Positions 13,002 through 26,689 of a stretch of DNA of 64,000 nucleotides are shown piece by piece. A program made the translations under genes and the position numbers. The notes below the pieces were generated by a model that was not told the DNA's origin, did no database searches, and saw only the letters and a program-made list of their open reading frames with translations. Every line of letters starts with the position of its first letter. Within the stretch, counting starts at the first letter, position 1. The stretch comes from Octopus vulgaris. Lineage: Eukaryota. The stretch spans positions 29,140,001-29,204,000 of the forward strand of contig OX597825.1 of NCBI GenBank assembly GCA_951406725.2. Direction: 5' to 3'.

Positions 13002-14025
13002 TACATGTGTATCTCCATAATCATTGCTTTACAAATGTTTTCTCTACTAGTATGGGTTAGTCAGTTGCTGTGGTCAGAGTCTGCAAATATTCAGGAATTT
13101 GTTCATCCAGACATGTCAGCGGACCACATCTTGTTTGTATACAGCATTTTGGTTTTGGTCTCCATGACTGGATGCTCTTCCTCCTACCAGTCACTGCACT
13201 GAGTGTACTGGGGCCAGGGAAACTGTCTGTAGACTACAACCCAACACTATTCAAGAGATTGATAGATCAGTTTCAATCCTGGAATGTTCTCCCCCACCTC
13301 ATTGAAATGTATCATGTAAAACAAAAATTTGAACCAGACTAGTTATATAAATATTGATTCTTGTAATGTAAAATACACACAAATATAACACAAAAATACT
13401 TCATTTCAATAATTGATATCCAACTGCATATATATCTTAAAATTTATATTTAATAAAACTTCATGAAAATATATTAATATATAATGAGTCTTGAGTTGTT
13501 ATTGAACCATAATAAAATTCAACGAAAAACTGTTGTTGCTAGACTAATAAAATTTTGTAAATATTAACCTCATCTATAATGTGACCTTTCAACTCTGACA
13601 TTTAATTCAGATAGAAATTTCACTGCATTATATATGCATAATAAATATGTTATGTTTAGAAACAAGGTTGCCTGTATTAAAAATATGTGTGTGTAAATGT
13701 ATGTATGTATGTGTGGGTATGTGTGTGTGTGTATGTGTGTGTTCATGTATTTATTTACAAGATATAGTTTGTATTCTAAAGTGCAGTTTATTTATACAGT
13801 ATTATGATGCCCTCCTGTTGAACTATGCAGTGGAAAATACATATTAGGAGCATTACTGTATGAAATGAAATTTTATGTTAAAAGCTTTCTGTTTGTGGTG
13901 GAGCCTATGTATGTATGTATGTATGTATGTATGTATGTATATATATATATACATATATATGTGTGTGTGTGTGTATATATATATGGCCAAAGTATATACA
14001 TTTAAAACTGAAGTAGAGACTCTGT

Positions 14026-14066
14026 CCTGTGACTTGGGTTTCATGCCAGAGCAATCATCAGGCAAG
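14026..14066 (-). ncRNA. minimal type-I hammerhead ribozyme
   Basis: minus: CTTGC-CTGATGA-T-TGC(TCTG)GCA-T-GAAAC-CCAA-GTC-ACAGG; GUC triplet; one stem I mismatch. Confidence 0.6.
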
Positions 14067-15133
14067 ATTGACTGGGTATTAGTTGTGATTATATCCAATT
14101 GTGTTCAATCATGATCTGATGCCTACACTGTTTCATTGGCTGTATGATGTGTCTATGATGTTGTTGTGTATGTTGTGTCTCTGGTGTTATGTTTATACTT
14201 CATGAGACTTTGGGTGGGAGGTGTGATTAATTTGTTTATGAGAAGTAGGTCGGTTGGTTGTAGGTGTATTAGTTTATTTTTGTTGGTATTATTATTAGTG
14301 TTAATATCATTTTGCGTTTTGCTTATTTATTTCCTTGAGTAAATTTAGTGTGTAGGTTTGTATGTGTGCAGTATTTCACTTGCAATTTTGAATGTGTTTA
14401 TATGAAAGTGGATGTTTATTTTTCTATTTGACTGTATGTATCGCATATATATATGTATATAAACATATTTACATATCTACACACACACACATACACACAC
14501 ATATATACACTGGAGAGACAAGAACAACTGTGTAGTTTCAGAGTTCACTTGAAAAAAACCAATGGTTTTTGGTTGAGTGTCAATGCACAGCATTTTGAGC
14601 AAATGTGTTCTGGACAGACCAAAGGTCTTTAACTGGATTTTGTTGCTGGTAATTGAAAGAAACCCCATCACATACACACACACACAGATGGCCAACTCTA
14701 CCTTCATGAAGAACATCACCCTCCACCACCACACTGCACTATTCATCTATCGAAAAACTGACCTATCATATTGCTGCCCCCAAAGCAACACTCTGTCAAT
14801 GTACTGAAAGCCTTTGCTTGCCAATAACCTAAATTGACCAATCTAAACCTAACTGACCCATGCACCTTGACAGGCTGTCCCTCACAATTTCACCTTGCTA
14901 TCACTCATGTTGGTCTTGCAAGCTCATATGTAATCTAATGCCAGCAAATCAGTAATATCACCACAGTTTATCTGTTCCTGCTGATGCACCATATTCCACA
15001 GGGTGATGGCTAACTGGCACCTACATTTTATCTGCTCTGCCATGTGCAGCATGTAATATAAATATCAGATGTTGATGACATATCACACACTGCAGTATGC
15101 TTAATATGTGATACCAATATTCTCTTTGCATAC

Positions 15134-15355
15134 TCTTACTCTCTTCCTCTTTCACTTGTTTCAGTCATTTGACTGTGGCCATGCTGGAGCACCGCATTAA
15201 GTCGAGCAAATTGACCCCAGGACTTATTCTTTGTGAGCCTAGTACTTATTCTATCAGTCTCTTTTGCTGAACCGCTAAGTTACAGGGACGTAGACACACC
15301 AGCATCGGTTGTCAAGCAATGCTGGGGTGACAAACACAGACACACAAACATATAT

Positions 15356-15397
<42 letters not shown>

Positions 15398-15553
15398 GTA
15401 CATATATACGATGGGCTTCTTTCAGTTTCCGTCTGCCAAATCCACTCACAAGGCTTTGGTCAACCTGAGGCTATAGTAGAAGACACTTGCCCAAGGTGCC
15501 ACGCAGTGGGACTGAACCCGGTAAACAAGCTACTTACCACACAGCCACTCCTA
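15134..15553 (-). mobile_element. family A SINE
   Basis: matches 1513-1914. Confidence 0.9.
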
Positions 15554-15599
15554 CACCATATGGAGCTTCTACTAAAAGAACTGATATTTATAAATATAT

Positions 15600-15834
15600 A
15601 TTTATTTCTTTATTGACCACAAGGGGCTAAACATAGAGGGGACAAACAAGGATGGACAAAGGGATAAAGTTGATTACATCGACTCCAGTGCATAACTGGT
15701 ACTTATTTAATCGACCCCCAAAAGGATGAAAGGCAAAGTCAACCTTGGCGGAATTTGAACTCAGAACATAATGGCAGATGAAATACTGCTAAGCGTTCCA
15801 CCCGGCATGCTAATGATTCTGCCAGCTTACCGCC
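15600..15834 (-). mobile_element. family C SINE
   Basis: reverse complement of the 8725 unit. Confidence 0.85.
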
Positions 15835-16555
15835 CTATATTAACGAAATGGACCACATGACCTGAACTGACCAATAGAGGCATAAATACTCTCACCAAGA
15901 AGCCGTTTTAGATTTCTTTCACATTCTCTCCACTCACTCTCTAAACATCTGATGATGTTGATGTGTTTTACTCCTATAAAACTTTAAGTAATGTGAAGTC
16001 GAGTCAAAATTAAATATATATACCCCTAAGCAAATGTGTTGAATGCTATAATCTTTCATTCATTCAATACAGATGCACATGCATACTTATATATATTTAT
16101 ATACATACAGTAATAACCAGGTTGCTCCATTTTCCATAAGCAAAGCAAGAATTTATTTAAAATAAATGATTTATTCTGAGTTTCTTGGAATTATCTCTTC
16201 TTCTCCACCAAACTTCGAAGTCACTAAACATTGCTGGTAGGTTTTTAGTTTCCTTATAAATTTCTTATAAATTATGAACTTATTGTGAACGGCTTTCGAT
16301 ACAGCCATCATAACTTACATATATGTGTGTGTGTATGTTTGTGTGCATGTGTGTGTGTTTATGCGTGTCTTTGCAAATGTGTGTGTGAGTTTGTGTGTAA
16401 AGATATGCATTTACATGAATTTGACAACTGATTTACTGACAAGCTGTCAAACTGAGTCCAGTTCCTTCTATAAGAAAACCAATCTGCAATAGACTAACAT
16501 CTCATGCCAGAATAGATTAGTCTTTAATCTCCTCAATACTACATAATATGTAGAC

Positions 16556-16830
16556 ACAATATGGCTGAATGTTTATGAAGTTCACTTTGCAACCAGAAGG
16601 GCTCTTGTTCAATCTCGCTGCATGGCATCGTGGGTAATTATAATTTTATTTGACCTGAGATCAACCAAGGCCTTATGTGTGAAGTTGGTTAGATGAGAAC
16701 TGCACAGGAGCTTTTTGAGGGTGAGGTGCACCTATAATATAAAAGGTTAATTTAAGAGGCTGACATCATCTTTTATCCTTTCAGGGTTGATAAAATAAGT
16801 ACTCGTTGAGCACTGGGTGATGTAAATGAC
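16556..16830 (+). mobile_element. old family A 5' fragment and family C fragment
   Basis: ATGGCTGAATG...CCAAGGCCTTATGTGTGAAGTTGG; TCCTTTCAGGGTTGATAAAATAAGTAC. Confidence 0.5.
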
Positions 16831-17246
16831 TTGAATATTTCTGGGTAAGAACATAAAACCTGAACTCCACTGCCAAGCCATGAGCCAGTGTGGTAGAGTA
16901 GGCTCATTGAACCAGTATGATCTCTGGTAGAAAGAATATGCTGAGGCCTTTATCCTGCAGTGGACTGAACATAGGCAACTTAATCCAACCTAATCCAACC
17001 TAATCCAATCTAATCCAGTTTAAAAAGTACAGTCTTACAGGCAAAGAATGCAATAGGTGAAGAATATCATGAGCTGATTGGATGAGAGTGGCAAAGCAGC
17101 TGGGTAACTTATGCTTCATTGGGAAGACAAGACTTTCAATGTAGGGTCACCAATGTACTGCAGGTGTATGGTACATGACGGCAATGAATCTCATTTCACA
17201 GAGAGTGCCTTACTGAATTTGTCAGAGAATTACTGAAAGGAAATAC

Positions 17247-17396
17247 TTATCTGTGGAATACACAGCCACATTGTACATTAATTTAGAAACAGGTAATTCA
17301 ATTGTTTGGATAACTGAATCCTCATCATTAGATAAAGAAGATCCACTGCCATGTAATTTAGAGATAGGCGATGACTGTTTGGATGTCTGAGGAATT
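17247..17396 (-). CDS. candidate internal coding exon of an unidentified gene
   Basis: long polypyrimidine tract ending TTTTGCAG, then open non-repetitive frame IPQTSKQSSPISKLHGSGSSLSNDEDSVIQTIELPVSKLMYNVAVYSTD; donor weak. Confidence 0.3.
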
Positions 17397-17621
17397 CTGC
17401 AAAATCCAAAAGCAAAAAAAAGCAAAACAAAAAGCAAAAAAAATAGCAAAAAAAATAACAAACAAATGAAAGTGTAGACATTCATTTGAAGGATATTTAT
17501 TGCATTTAGATAGAAATGGTGATAGGATTCGATTTCAAAGAGAAATCATTTTGGATCTGGCAACAGTATTGGTGCCTTTCTTGTTTTGTTTGTAAGCTAA
17601 GGCCATAATGTGTTAACACTG

Positions 17622-17753
17622 TGATGATGATGATAAGCATGAGGAAGGTGGAGGCAGAAGAAGATCATGACGACATCAGTGATGGCGACAACGCTGAAGA
17701 TAGTGATGATGAGGATGAGGAGGAGGAAGAGGAGGATGGCGATGGCGATGATG

Positions 17754-17785
<32 letters not shown>

Positions 17786-18044
17786 GATGATGATGGTGGT
17801 GGTGATGATGATGATGATGATGAGGAGGAGTAGGAGGAGGAGGAGGAAGAGGAGGAGGAGGACTACAGCACCAGTGACAATAGTGATGATGCCACTGATA
17901 CCACTGAATCTGATTCTGCTATTTCTGCCACTGTTGTTGCCATGTATAATGATGACAACAGCAATGGTGATGACAATACTAGCAACAGCAAGAAAGAGTG
18001 CAGTGATGCCAATGATGATGCCAATGATGATAATGATGAGATGG

Positions 18045-18077
<33 letters not shown>

Positions 18078-18085
18078 CGATGATG
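17622..18085. repeat. (GAT)n/(GAG)n low-complexity tract
   Basis: direct reading. Confidence 0.9.
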
Positions 18086-18177
18086 TTCAGCAAGACATGA
18101 TAATAAAGATAGTGTAGATGTATGTAACTACGCATACATTTAGCTATGCATTTATAAGTGAATTTGGGTTTGTAAAA

Positions 18178-18720
18178 TGGCAGTAAAATAGCAGAACCAT
18201 TAAAGTTTTGGTTAAAATACCTAGCGGTATCCCCCCCCTATCAGTTCTTTAGCCTTTTCATTACCAGCCTGGCTAAAACTAGCTCTGGCTCTGAGTACAA
18301 ATGTCTTGTTTTCATAAGTTTTGAATTAAAATCGTCCATCTAACCTTAGTCACAATTTATGTTCCTAACACTAGCTTAATGATAACTAAGTTATTTTACT
18401 AAATTCTTTGTTATATTTAACCCTTTCATTATCAACCTGGTTGAAACTTGCCCTGGCTCTGAGTACAAATGTCTTGTTTTCATAAGTTTTGAATTAAAAT
18501 CTTCCACCAAACTTTAGTCACAATTTATGTTCCTAACACTAGCTTAATGATAACTAAGTTATTTTACTAAATTATTTGTTATATTTAAAGTAATTGAAAG
18601 AAACACAGAGCATCTCAGAATAAATACACTAACAATAGGGTTAAGCTGTGAATTCAAATCCTGCCAAAGAGAGCTTTGTCTGTAATTATTCTGGGGTCAA
18701 TAAAATAATGTACCAGTACA
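18178..18720 (+). mobile_element. family C SINE split by a MITE insertion
   Basis: head 18178-18248 and body 18645-18720 (GAATTCAAATCC...GGGGTCAATAAAATAATGTACCAG). Confidence 0.6.
18253..18640. mobile_element. piggyBac-like MITE (18421-18640) preceded by a partial tandem copy (18253-18416)
   Basis: TTAA-CCCT...AGGG-TTAA termini; about 168-bp direct duplication. Confidence 0.75.
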
Positions 18721-19214
18721 ACTCAGTTGATTGGTTGAATTATTAATACATGGAATGAGATGCCTTGTGATGGCCTTTGTTGAGTTTCTTACATCCTGTG
18801 TCCCCAAGAGAGTGCTCTGAACTTTGCTTTATGGAGCCAACAAGAAAGTGTCTTGTAAGGAAGTGTTCAAAGAAGAGAATGGAAAAGAAATCATGTTTGT
18901 ATTCTTTGATAAAATTTTTATGATATGCACATCATTCTTATTAAGGAAGTTACCAATGGTTGTATTTCAATCAAAGGGTACAAGAATATTAAGTGTGTAT
19001 AAGAGAGAGATGGGGGTGGGGAATATATCGTTATCATCTCTTTCTCATTATCTTTGCTGTTTTAGTTGGCATCATTCCAATGTCTACTACTTACTATGCT
19101 CGCATGTGTCAAATGGAATTACTTTGAGGTAGATTTTCCCATGGCAAGATGCATTTCCTGTTACAAATCCTCAGTCTACCAAACAACAAACAACTCAGAC
19201 CACTTTTTGTAAAC

Positions 19215-19496
19215 AGTGCTGCCTGACAGGCTCCCATGCTGGTGGCACATAAAAAGCACCATTTGAGCGTGGTTGATGCCAGTACTGCCTGACTGGCTCC
19301 CATGCCAGTGGCGTGTAAAAAGCACCCACTGCACTCTTGGAGTCATTGGTATTAGGAAGGGCATCCAGCTGCAGAAACCTTGCCAAATCAGATTGGAGCC
19401 TGGTGCAGCCTACTGGCTTTCCAGTCCTCAGTCAAACTATCCAACCCATGCCAGCATGGAAAGCAGACATTAGATGATGATGATGATGGTGATGAT
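19215..19496 (+). mobile_element. RTE 3'-UTR copy (family B)
   Basis: GGTGGCACATAAAAAGCACC subrepeats and (GAT)n tail. Confidence 0.85.
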
Positions 19497-19629
19497 ACAA
19501 CACTGTTTTGTGTAAATGTTGACCATGGCTTATAGTCAGCAAACACTGTATAAAAGCATAAGAAACACACATATTTGTGTATATGTGTGTTTATATATAT
19601 ATATATACATGTCTTTAATCTTTTATCAT

Positions 19630-20130
19630 TTACTTGTTTCAGTCATTAGACTGTGGTCATACTGGGGCACCATCTTGAATTTTTAGTTGAATAAATTGAT
19701 CCCAGTACTTTTTTTTTAAGCCTGGGTCTTATTCTATCAGTGTCTTTTGCTGAACCTGCTAAATTACAGGTACATAAGCACACCAACACTGGTTGTTGAG
19801 CAGTGATGAGAGGACAGACACAGACACAAAGACACACACATCATTATTTCATTTATTTTATTCAATTTTAGTACAATTGAAGCTTGCCTGACGATTCTGG
19901 AGTGTATTGGGCTCATTTTGTGTGTGGCTTTTGGCCCACTCTGTATATATTAATATAAATATACATATATACATAAATATATGATAGACTTCTCTCTACC
20001 AAATTTCACTCATAAGGTACTGATCAAGATGCGATTATAACAAAAGATACTAACTGATAATGTCCACACAGAAGGAACAAACTCAGAACTTCATGGTCCT
20101 GGAGCAAACTTTTTGACCATACAGTCATCT
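19630..20130 (-). mobile_element. degenerate family A SINE, interrupted
   Basis: TACTTGTTTCAGTCATTAGACTGTGG ... TCTACCAAATTTCACTCATAAGG. Confidence 0.7.
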
Positions 20131-20139
20131 TTTGTAGCA

Positions 20140-20485
20140 TTGTAACTGGCATGCTATTCAGGAGAGAAGTGGCATTGAAACCAAAGGGAATGGTGTATGA
20201 TGCATGCATGAAAACGTGTGGAGAAGTGATAAGGATTTATAAGAGTGAGGTATCATTGATGAACATGATGTAGCAGTGAAGGCTTGAAAGAACTGAGATT
20301 AGAATTTTTAGAGCCAGTGATGGATACTGTGAAAAGAAACGGGGTGAAGTAGCTGGGCCATGAAAAGAAGAAAACAATTTGGTGAGGAGGGTGATGAAGA
20401 TGAATATGGAAGAGAGCAGAAGAAACAGAAGACTAGGAATGATATGGTTAAAAATGATAGAGGAGAGAATGAGAGCTAAATTGAG
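20140..20485 (+). pseudogene. old RTE-clade ORF C-terminal remnant
   Basis: fragments translate GMLFRREVALKPKGMVYDAC, RLERTEIRIFR and NNLVRRVMKMNMEESRR...W, paralleling the 51400-51859 RTE region. Confidence 0.6.
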
Positions 20486-21029
20486 AAAAAAAAAAACTGT
20501 CAAGAGACTTGCAAGGCTAACTGCTGCTTTAGCAGGGAAAATAGTCTTGAAATACTTGTTGTGTGTTGATGTTGCAGTAGAAAGATAACGTCAATAGTTT
20601 TACTTGATCTTGTGTGTTCAGAGATATCAAGTCACATGGGATCACTCCTATTGACATCAATTGCCGATGGGAGAAATGATTATTATGTTAATCAGGAGTT
20701 TCTTCAATGTGTATTAACAAGATGAACAAAGCAAAATTTTTAACAACTGTGAATTGAAACATGATCACGGTTACTGATGTTTGGAAGCTGACCGCATCTA
20801 TATGGCAGTGCTTACACAGAAAATTTAATATCAACAATAAAAACAGATAAATTGAGGACAGGCCGTATTTAAAATGGAAATGGAATTCACTAGATAGTGC
20901 CATGATTAAATTTCAAGGTAGGATTTCTCTTTTGACAAAAAGATTGCCCCATAAAATAAATGCTTGGTTTTATTGAAAACAATAAATCTTGTAGCTTGGT
21001 ACTTACAATTTTTCTGTTTGTTAAGATAT

Positions 21030-21873
21030 CAAGTATCAGGTTCGAAATACCAATTTGCGTATGTGTTGATATTTGTCTGTAAGTATATATATATTTGTAT
21101 GCATGTGTGTATGTGAATGCGTAAGAATGCGTGGGCACATGTGAATAAGAAAGTGTATGTGTGAGTATGTATGTGTCTATGTGTGTGTGTATCTATGTGT
21201 ATGTGTGTATGTGTCTATGTGTATGTGTGTGAGTGAGAGCGAGAGAGAGAGAGTTTGTGTATGTCTGTGCAAGAAAAAGAAAGAGATTGCGGGATGATGT
21301 GTGAGTTTGTGGTTGTGTATGTATGCGTGATTGTACATATATGTGTTGTCATGTGTGTGTATGTTCGTCTCTTTGAAGAGAAATATACTTGTGTGTATGT
21401 ATGTGAAAAAGAGTATGTGTGCATCTGTAACTATTATAAAGGTTTCAATAAATACACATATAAGAACATAGAAAAATAGTTTACTTATGATGAAAATCAT
21501 TGATATTGTGGCTGAAACTATATAACTACATGTGAACATGTATTAGATGTATGTGTGTAAAAGAGAGCATGAAAGAGAAGCAGAAAGAGAGAGAGAGAGA
21601 GAGAGGGAGGAACGAGGGTGTAAGAGAATGAAATTGTAAGTTTGTGCATATATATAGAAGCTAATATTTACATTAATTTGATGATATGTGATTAAGAGTG
21701 TAGCAGTCTATATATATATATATATGTGTGAGTATCCATGTATGTGTGTACGAATAAATGTTTGTATGTATGTGTGTGTAGAGGTGTATGTGTGAGTATT
21801 TGTAAGTTTAGCAAATGCATCATGCGTACATAATGACACACAGAAATGTTTATATGTATGTAACATAAATATA

Positions 21874-21921
<48 letters not shown>

Positions 21922-21922
21922 C

Positions 21923-21953
<31 letters not shown>

Positions 21954-22081
21954 ATGTGTGTGTATATATTTATATGTATATATATATATATGGGTGTGTG
22001 AGTGTGTGTATGTGTGTATATATATATGCATATATATATTCATACATACACACACATACATATATATATATATATATGCAT

Positions 22082-22114
<33 letters not shown>

Positions 22115-22365
22115 CATATAATCATATTTATACATACAGGCATATGCATATATATGTATGTACATATCTATGTGCATATATATGCATATACATATATATA
22201 TATATACATATATATATATACATGCATTTGTATATTTATATAGAGACAGACATGTATACACATCCATATATGTGTGTGTGTGTGTGTATGTGCATGTTTG
22301 TGTGCACACACGCACATGTATATGTGTCCATGTGTGTAAGGGTGTTTGTATGAACTTATTATCCG

Positions 22366-22417
<52 letters not shown>

Positions 22418-22899
22418 ACAAGTCTTTTACGTTTCGAGCCTATATATATATATATATATGATGTATGTAAGAGTAAACAAGTGTGTCAAGTATTCAGTTC
22501 AAAAACTAAGTCATTATTGGATGAAAGACAAAATAAATAAACAGTGGCAAGCAATCATGGAATCAAGTAGATGACCAACCATGTAAGGAAATTGAATCTC
22601 AATCAACCTCATAAAATATGTCTTGATGAAAGAAAGTATATCACAAAGTATTTTTGAGAAAAGCTCACATAGTCGAAATGTTGTCTTTTCCTGGATTGAA
22701 CTCTTTTGAGAAGAAGAGAAGTTTCCGTAGTTTATTGATTGTCCTCTTGTGAATTCATTGCCTATATCAAAAACGAAGTTGTGAACAAGTTTTACAGATA
22801 CATGATGATGCGAATGTAAATAAGTAAAATGAAACCAAATGTATATTTGTATTAACTTTTACGGTGTGCTCTATTACGTCGATAAATAAATTTATCTCT

Positions 22900-22931
<32 letters not shown>

Positions 22932-22972
22932 CTATATGCATATATAAATGTCTGTTTATATAAATATCTGTT

Positions 22973-23007
<35 letters not shown>

Positions 23008-23108
23008 ATATATATATATATGTGTGTGTATATATATATGTGTGTATATATATATATATGTGTATATATATATATGTGTGTGTATATATATATATATATG
23101 TGTATGTG

Positions 23109-23139
<31 letters not shown>

Positions 23140-23295
23140 GTATAAATATATGGATGTGTATATATATATATATATGTTTATATATATATATGTATATATA
23201 TACATATATATACATATATATACATATATATACATATATATATATATACATATATATACATATATATAACTACACACATATATATATACACACAC

Positions 23296-23354
<59 letters not shown>

Positions 23355-23365
23355 CATACATAAAT
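21030..23365. repeat. cluster of (TG)n/(TA)n/(CA)n/(GA)n microsatellites
   Basis: direct reading; a non-repetitive island lies at about 22460-22890. Confidence 0.85.
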
Positions 23366-23724
23366 GTATGTATAACAGCATTCACCGACACCTGTATTGT
23401 GTGTATCTAGCCAGATATTGAGAAAGGAGATAGATAGGTAAATTGATAGTCTGATTGGCAGATAGATACATTTCTGTAACTCTTGTAAATAAGCAAATAT
23501 ATCACTTGGCCATCTGAATCCTGTTCGCTCAATACTTGTTGACTTAGATAACATTGACTTAGATAACATAGTATATTTATGTGTGTATCAAAATACTTTT
23601 AATGTCTCCTTTTCCATGTTTGCATGGGCCAGTCAAAAATATGTTGAAGCAAAGATTTCTGCAACTGGATGCTCTTCCTGGTGCCATCCCGCATCTGTTT
23701 CCTAGCATAGTAATATTTTTTCTT

Positions 23725-24018
23725 TTTCCTTCTCGAGCCATGCCTGGCTCATAAGGGCCGGTTTACCGGTTTCCTTGGCGTATAGGTTCCCCACCTGGAC
23801 AGGATGCCAGTCCGTCGCAAGTGAGCTGCAAGATGCAGGAGTAAAGAGTGAGAGAAAGTTGTGGCGAAAGTGTTAGCAGAAGTTCACCATTACCTTCTGC
23901 CGGAGCCGTGTGGAGCTTAGGTGTTTCGCTCATAAACACACGCATTGCCCGGTCTGAGATTCGAACCTGTGATCCCTTGACCACGAGTCCGCTGCTCTAA
24001 CCACTGGGCCATGTGCCT
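23725..24018 (-). mobile_element. tRNA-derived SINE, family E head with tail P
   Basis: minus: ATGGCCCAGTGGTTAGAGC...GGTTCGAATCTC; body CGCCACAACTTTCTCTCACTC. Confidence 0.85.
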
Positions 24019-24286
24019 CTGATAGTAATATTCCTCTTGTCTGTTGAACAACAAGCAGTCTGGAAATGGTTATGTGGAGAACTGGAAACAAATGAATTCT
24101 GTTTGCACTTTAGTGAAGATTTTGTTAATAAATGGCATACAAAAGAAGTAAAGAAAGCCAGGAAATCATTTTTAAATGGACTGCAAGCAAATAAGAGTAT
24201 CCATATAAATAATGAGGCTGAACTCAGGTGCACTTTAGCATGGATTCGTTTCTTGAAAATCTTGTACAATACATCATATCATTTTT

Positions 24287-24322
<36 letters not shown>

Positions 24323-24346
24323 CATGTATACATATATATATATATA

Positions 24347-24534
24347 TAGTTAATCCAAACAAGAAAACACAAGAAAACACAACAACGCGAGGACGTGGAA
24401 CAAATATAGTATTGTTGGACGCTCAGGAAAGAAGGGAAGAAGGAGGGTTTAACGTTTCGAGCGGAGCTCTTTGTCGGAAACATAGGAGAAGGAAAGATCC
24501 CGAGAAGGGAAGACAGAGGGAAAAAAATCGCCAA

Positions 24535-24536
<2 letters not shown>
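24347..24536 (-). mobile_element. family F element, hammerhead core mutated (CCGACAA)
   Basis: matches 6213-6381; flanked on both sides by (TA)n. Confidence 0.8.
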
Positions 24537-24588
<52 letters not shown>

Positions 24589-24682
24589 CATATAAGGATA
24601 AGATCGTTAATTTAAATTAAATATCGATCTTATCAAGTGGCCAGCATGGAAATAAAAACCTTCAAAGGTAATAATTATTATT

Positions 24683-24885
24683 ACAATTATAATTTAGGGT
24701 ATCTACGAGATACTGCCATGCTGAAAATAGCAGCCAAAATTTGACTAGTTTTACTTTGCTAGTTTTATTTTGTCTTTTTGTCTTCTCTCCTTGTGCAATA
24801 TGAGCATTTAATGTGATTTTAGAGTCAGATTTTGGCTGCTATTTTCATCATGGCAGACCCTCATAGATATCCAAAATTATAATTT
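24683..24885. mobile_element. fold-back/MITE-like element with about 63-bp arms
   Basis: CTGCCATGCTGAAAATAGCAGCCAAAATTTGACT versus AGTCAGATTTTGGCTGCTATTTTCATCATGGCAG. Confidence 0.7.
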
Positions 24886-24888
24886 TAA

Positions 24889-24936
<48 letters not shown>

Positions 24937-24998
24937 GTGTGTGTATGTATGTATACATATTTATATCTGTTTATATACATATATATGTATCTCTATCC

Positions 24999-25117
<119 letters not shown>

Positions 25118-25375
25118 CAAATATATAGTATTGCTTGCATGAGCACTTGCAACATACATGATTAAAGGACTCAATATTGGCTGCAGACTCAGAATGATAT
25201 CTATAATTGTCAATACTGACTGATTACTTCGATGTTTCACAGATACCGGCTTCTCAAAACACTCTTATAAATGGCAGATGTTTACTTTGAAGTTTCATCA
25301 AAACTGGCTTTGAGAACCGAATATCGGTAAATCTTCAAAATAAACAGTTACCATAGATAATAAATATTATGAAAA

Positions 25376-25426
<51 letters not shown>

Positions 25427-26166
25427 ATATAGAAACTTATATATACACATTTATAAATACTCACATACATATATATATGCACTCACACATTTATATGCAT
25501 ATATGTGTGCATCTATATATATGCATACACACTCATATATTATATATGTACATATGTATGTGTATAAATCTATGAAGTAAATGTGGAAACAATAAAGATA
25601 ATAATGTTAATGATATGCATACATGGATTGCATAGGGCATTTGGAGGTCCTGTTTCACATCCAATTGCTGTTGCTGAAGATAAACTTTTAGTATCTTCTT
25701 ATGACAGAAGGATTTGGTGTACTATTTTCAAAAGCATATAGGTTTACATCCGCAAACACATACACAAACACACACATACACACACATACACACACATGTG
25801 CACACACATACATGAATTTGATTATAATAATAAGTAAATAAAACTCAATACATAATAAAGAGTATAGATATATTTTTATTAGCTAAAAAGCTACGATAAC
25901 TCAAAGAGTAAGAATATCAGATAATTCATCATGAAGCATAGTTAAAAATGCACAAGTCTACCTGTCTGAATGTTATGCAGGTACTCAAAGATGAATCCAA
26001 AGCAATGCACAGCAGAAACAGCTGTAAGCTAAAGACGGTCACTAGATAATGTTTGTGTCTCCTGTCTCATCTTTCTGTCTTATTACTGCTCTATACTCAT
26101 CTAACATACGTATATAGAATTCTACACTAGGTTTTTGCCTCAGCAAAATATTAAAACCTATAATAT

Positions 26167-26570
26167 TCTTTTATTCTTTTACTTGATTCAGTCATTTTGA
26201 CTGGAGCACCATCTTTAGTCAAAGAAATAGAGACCACAAGACTTATTCTTTGTAAGCCTAGTACTTTCTCTGTTGGTCTATTTTGCTGGACGGCTAAGTT
26301 AGAGGGATGTAAACACACCAATCTTGATATTCAAGCAATGGCTGAGAGACAAACACAGACACACAAATACATATATACAAACATGTATATATATAAATTA
26401 TATATATCTACAATGGGCTTCTTTCAATTTCCATCAACCAAATCCACTCACAAGGCTTTGGTCAGCCTGAGGCTATAGTAGGAGACACTTACCCAAGGTG
26501 CTACACAGTAGAACTGAAGCCGGAAGCATGTGGTTGAGAAGCAAGCTTTTTAGCACACAGCCACTCCTAC
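26167..26570 (-). mobile_element. family A SINE
   Basis: matches 1513-1914. Confidence 0.85.
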
Positions 26571-26593
26571 ACCTATTAAAATATTGAAGGTTG

Positions 26594-26636
26594 GCCATGA
26601 TCAATTTTCAGACCTTATTGAGTTCTCATCAGAGGC
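26594..26636 (-). ncRNA. decayed hammerhead-like motif
   Basis: minus: GCCT-CTGATGA-GAACT(CAATA)AGGTC-T-GAAA-ATTGATC-ATGGC. Confidence 0.3.
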
Positions 26637-26658
26637 TCTACATCAATTTTACCAATCC

Positions 26659-26689
<31 letters not shown>

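Noticed and set aside
17621-18135. Acidic or poly-Met ORFs
   Set aside because: (GAT)n/(GAG)n low complexity with no splice or homology support
20620-20917. Exon bounded by TTCAG and AAG/GTAGG
   Set aside because: Stops in all three plus-strand frames; no further evidence
24013-24615. 200-aa ORF
   Set aside because: Chimera of unique DNA, (TA)n and a family F element
25228-25340. Weak inverted repeat with TTGATGA on the minus strand
   Set aside because: Too degenerate to fold or assign
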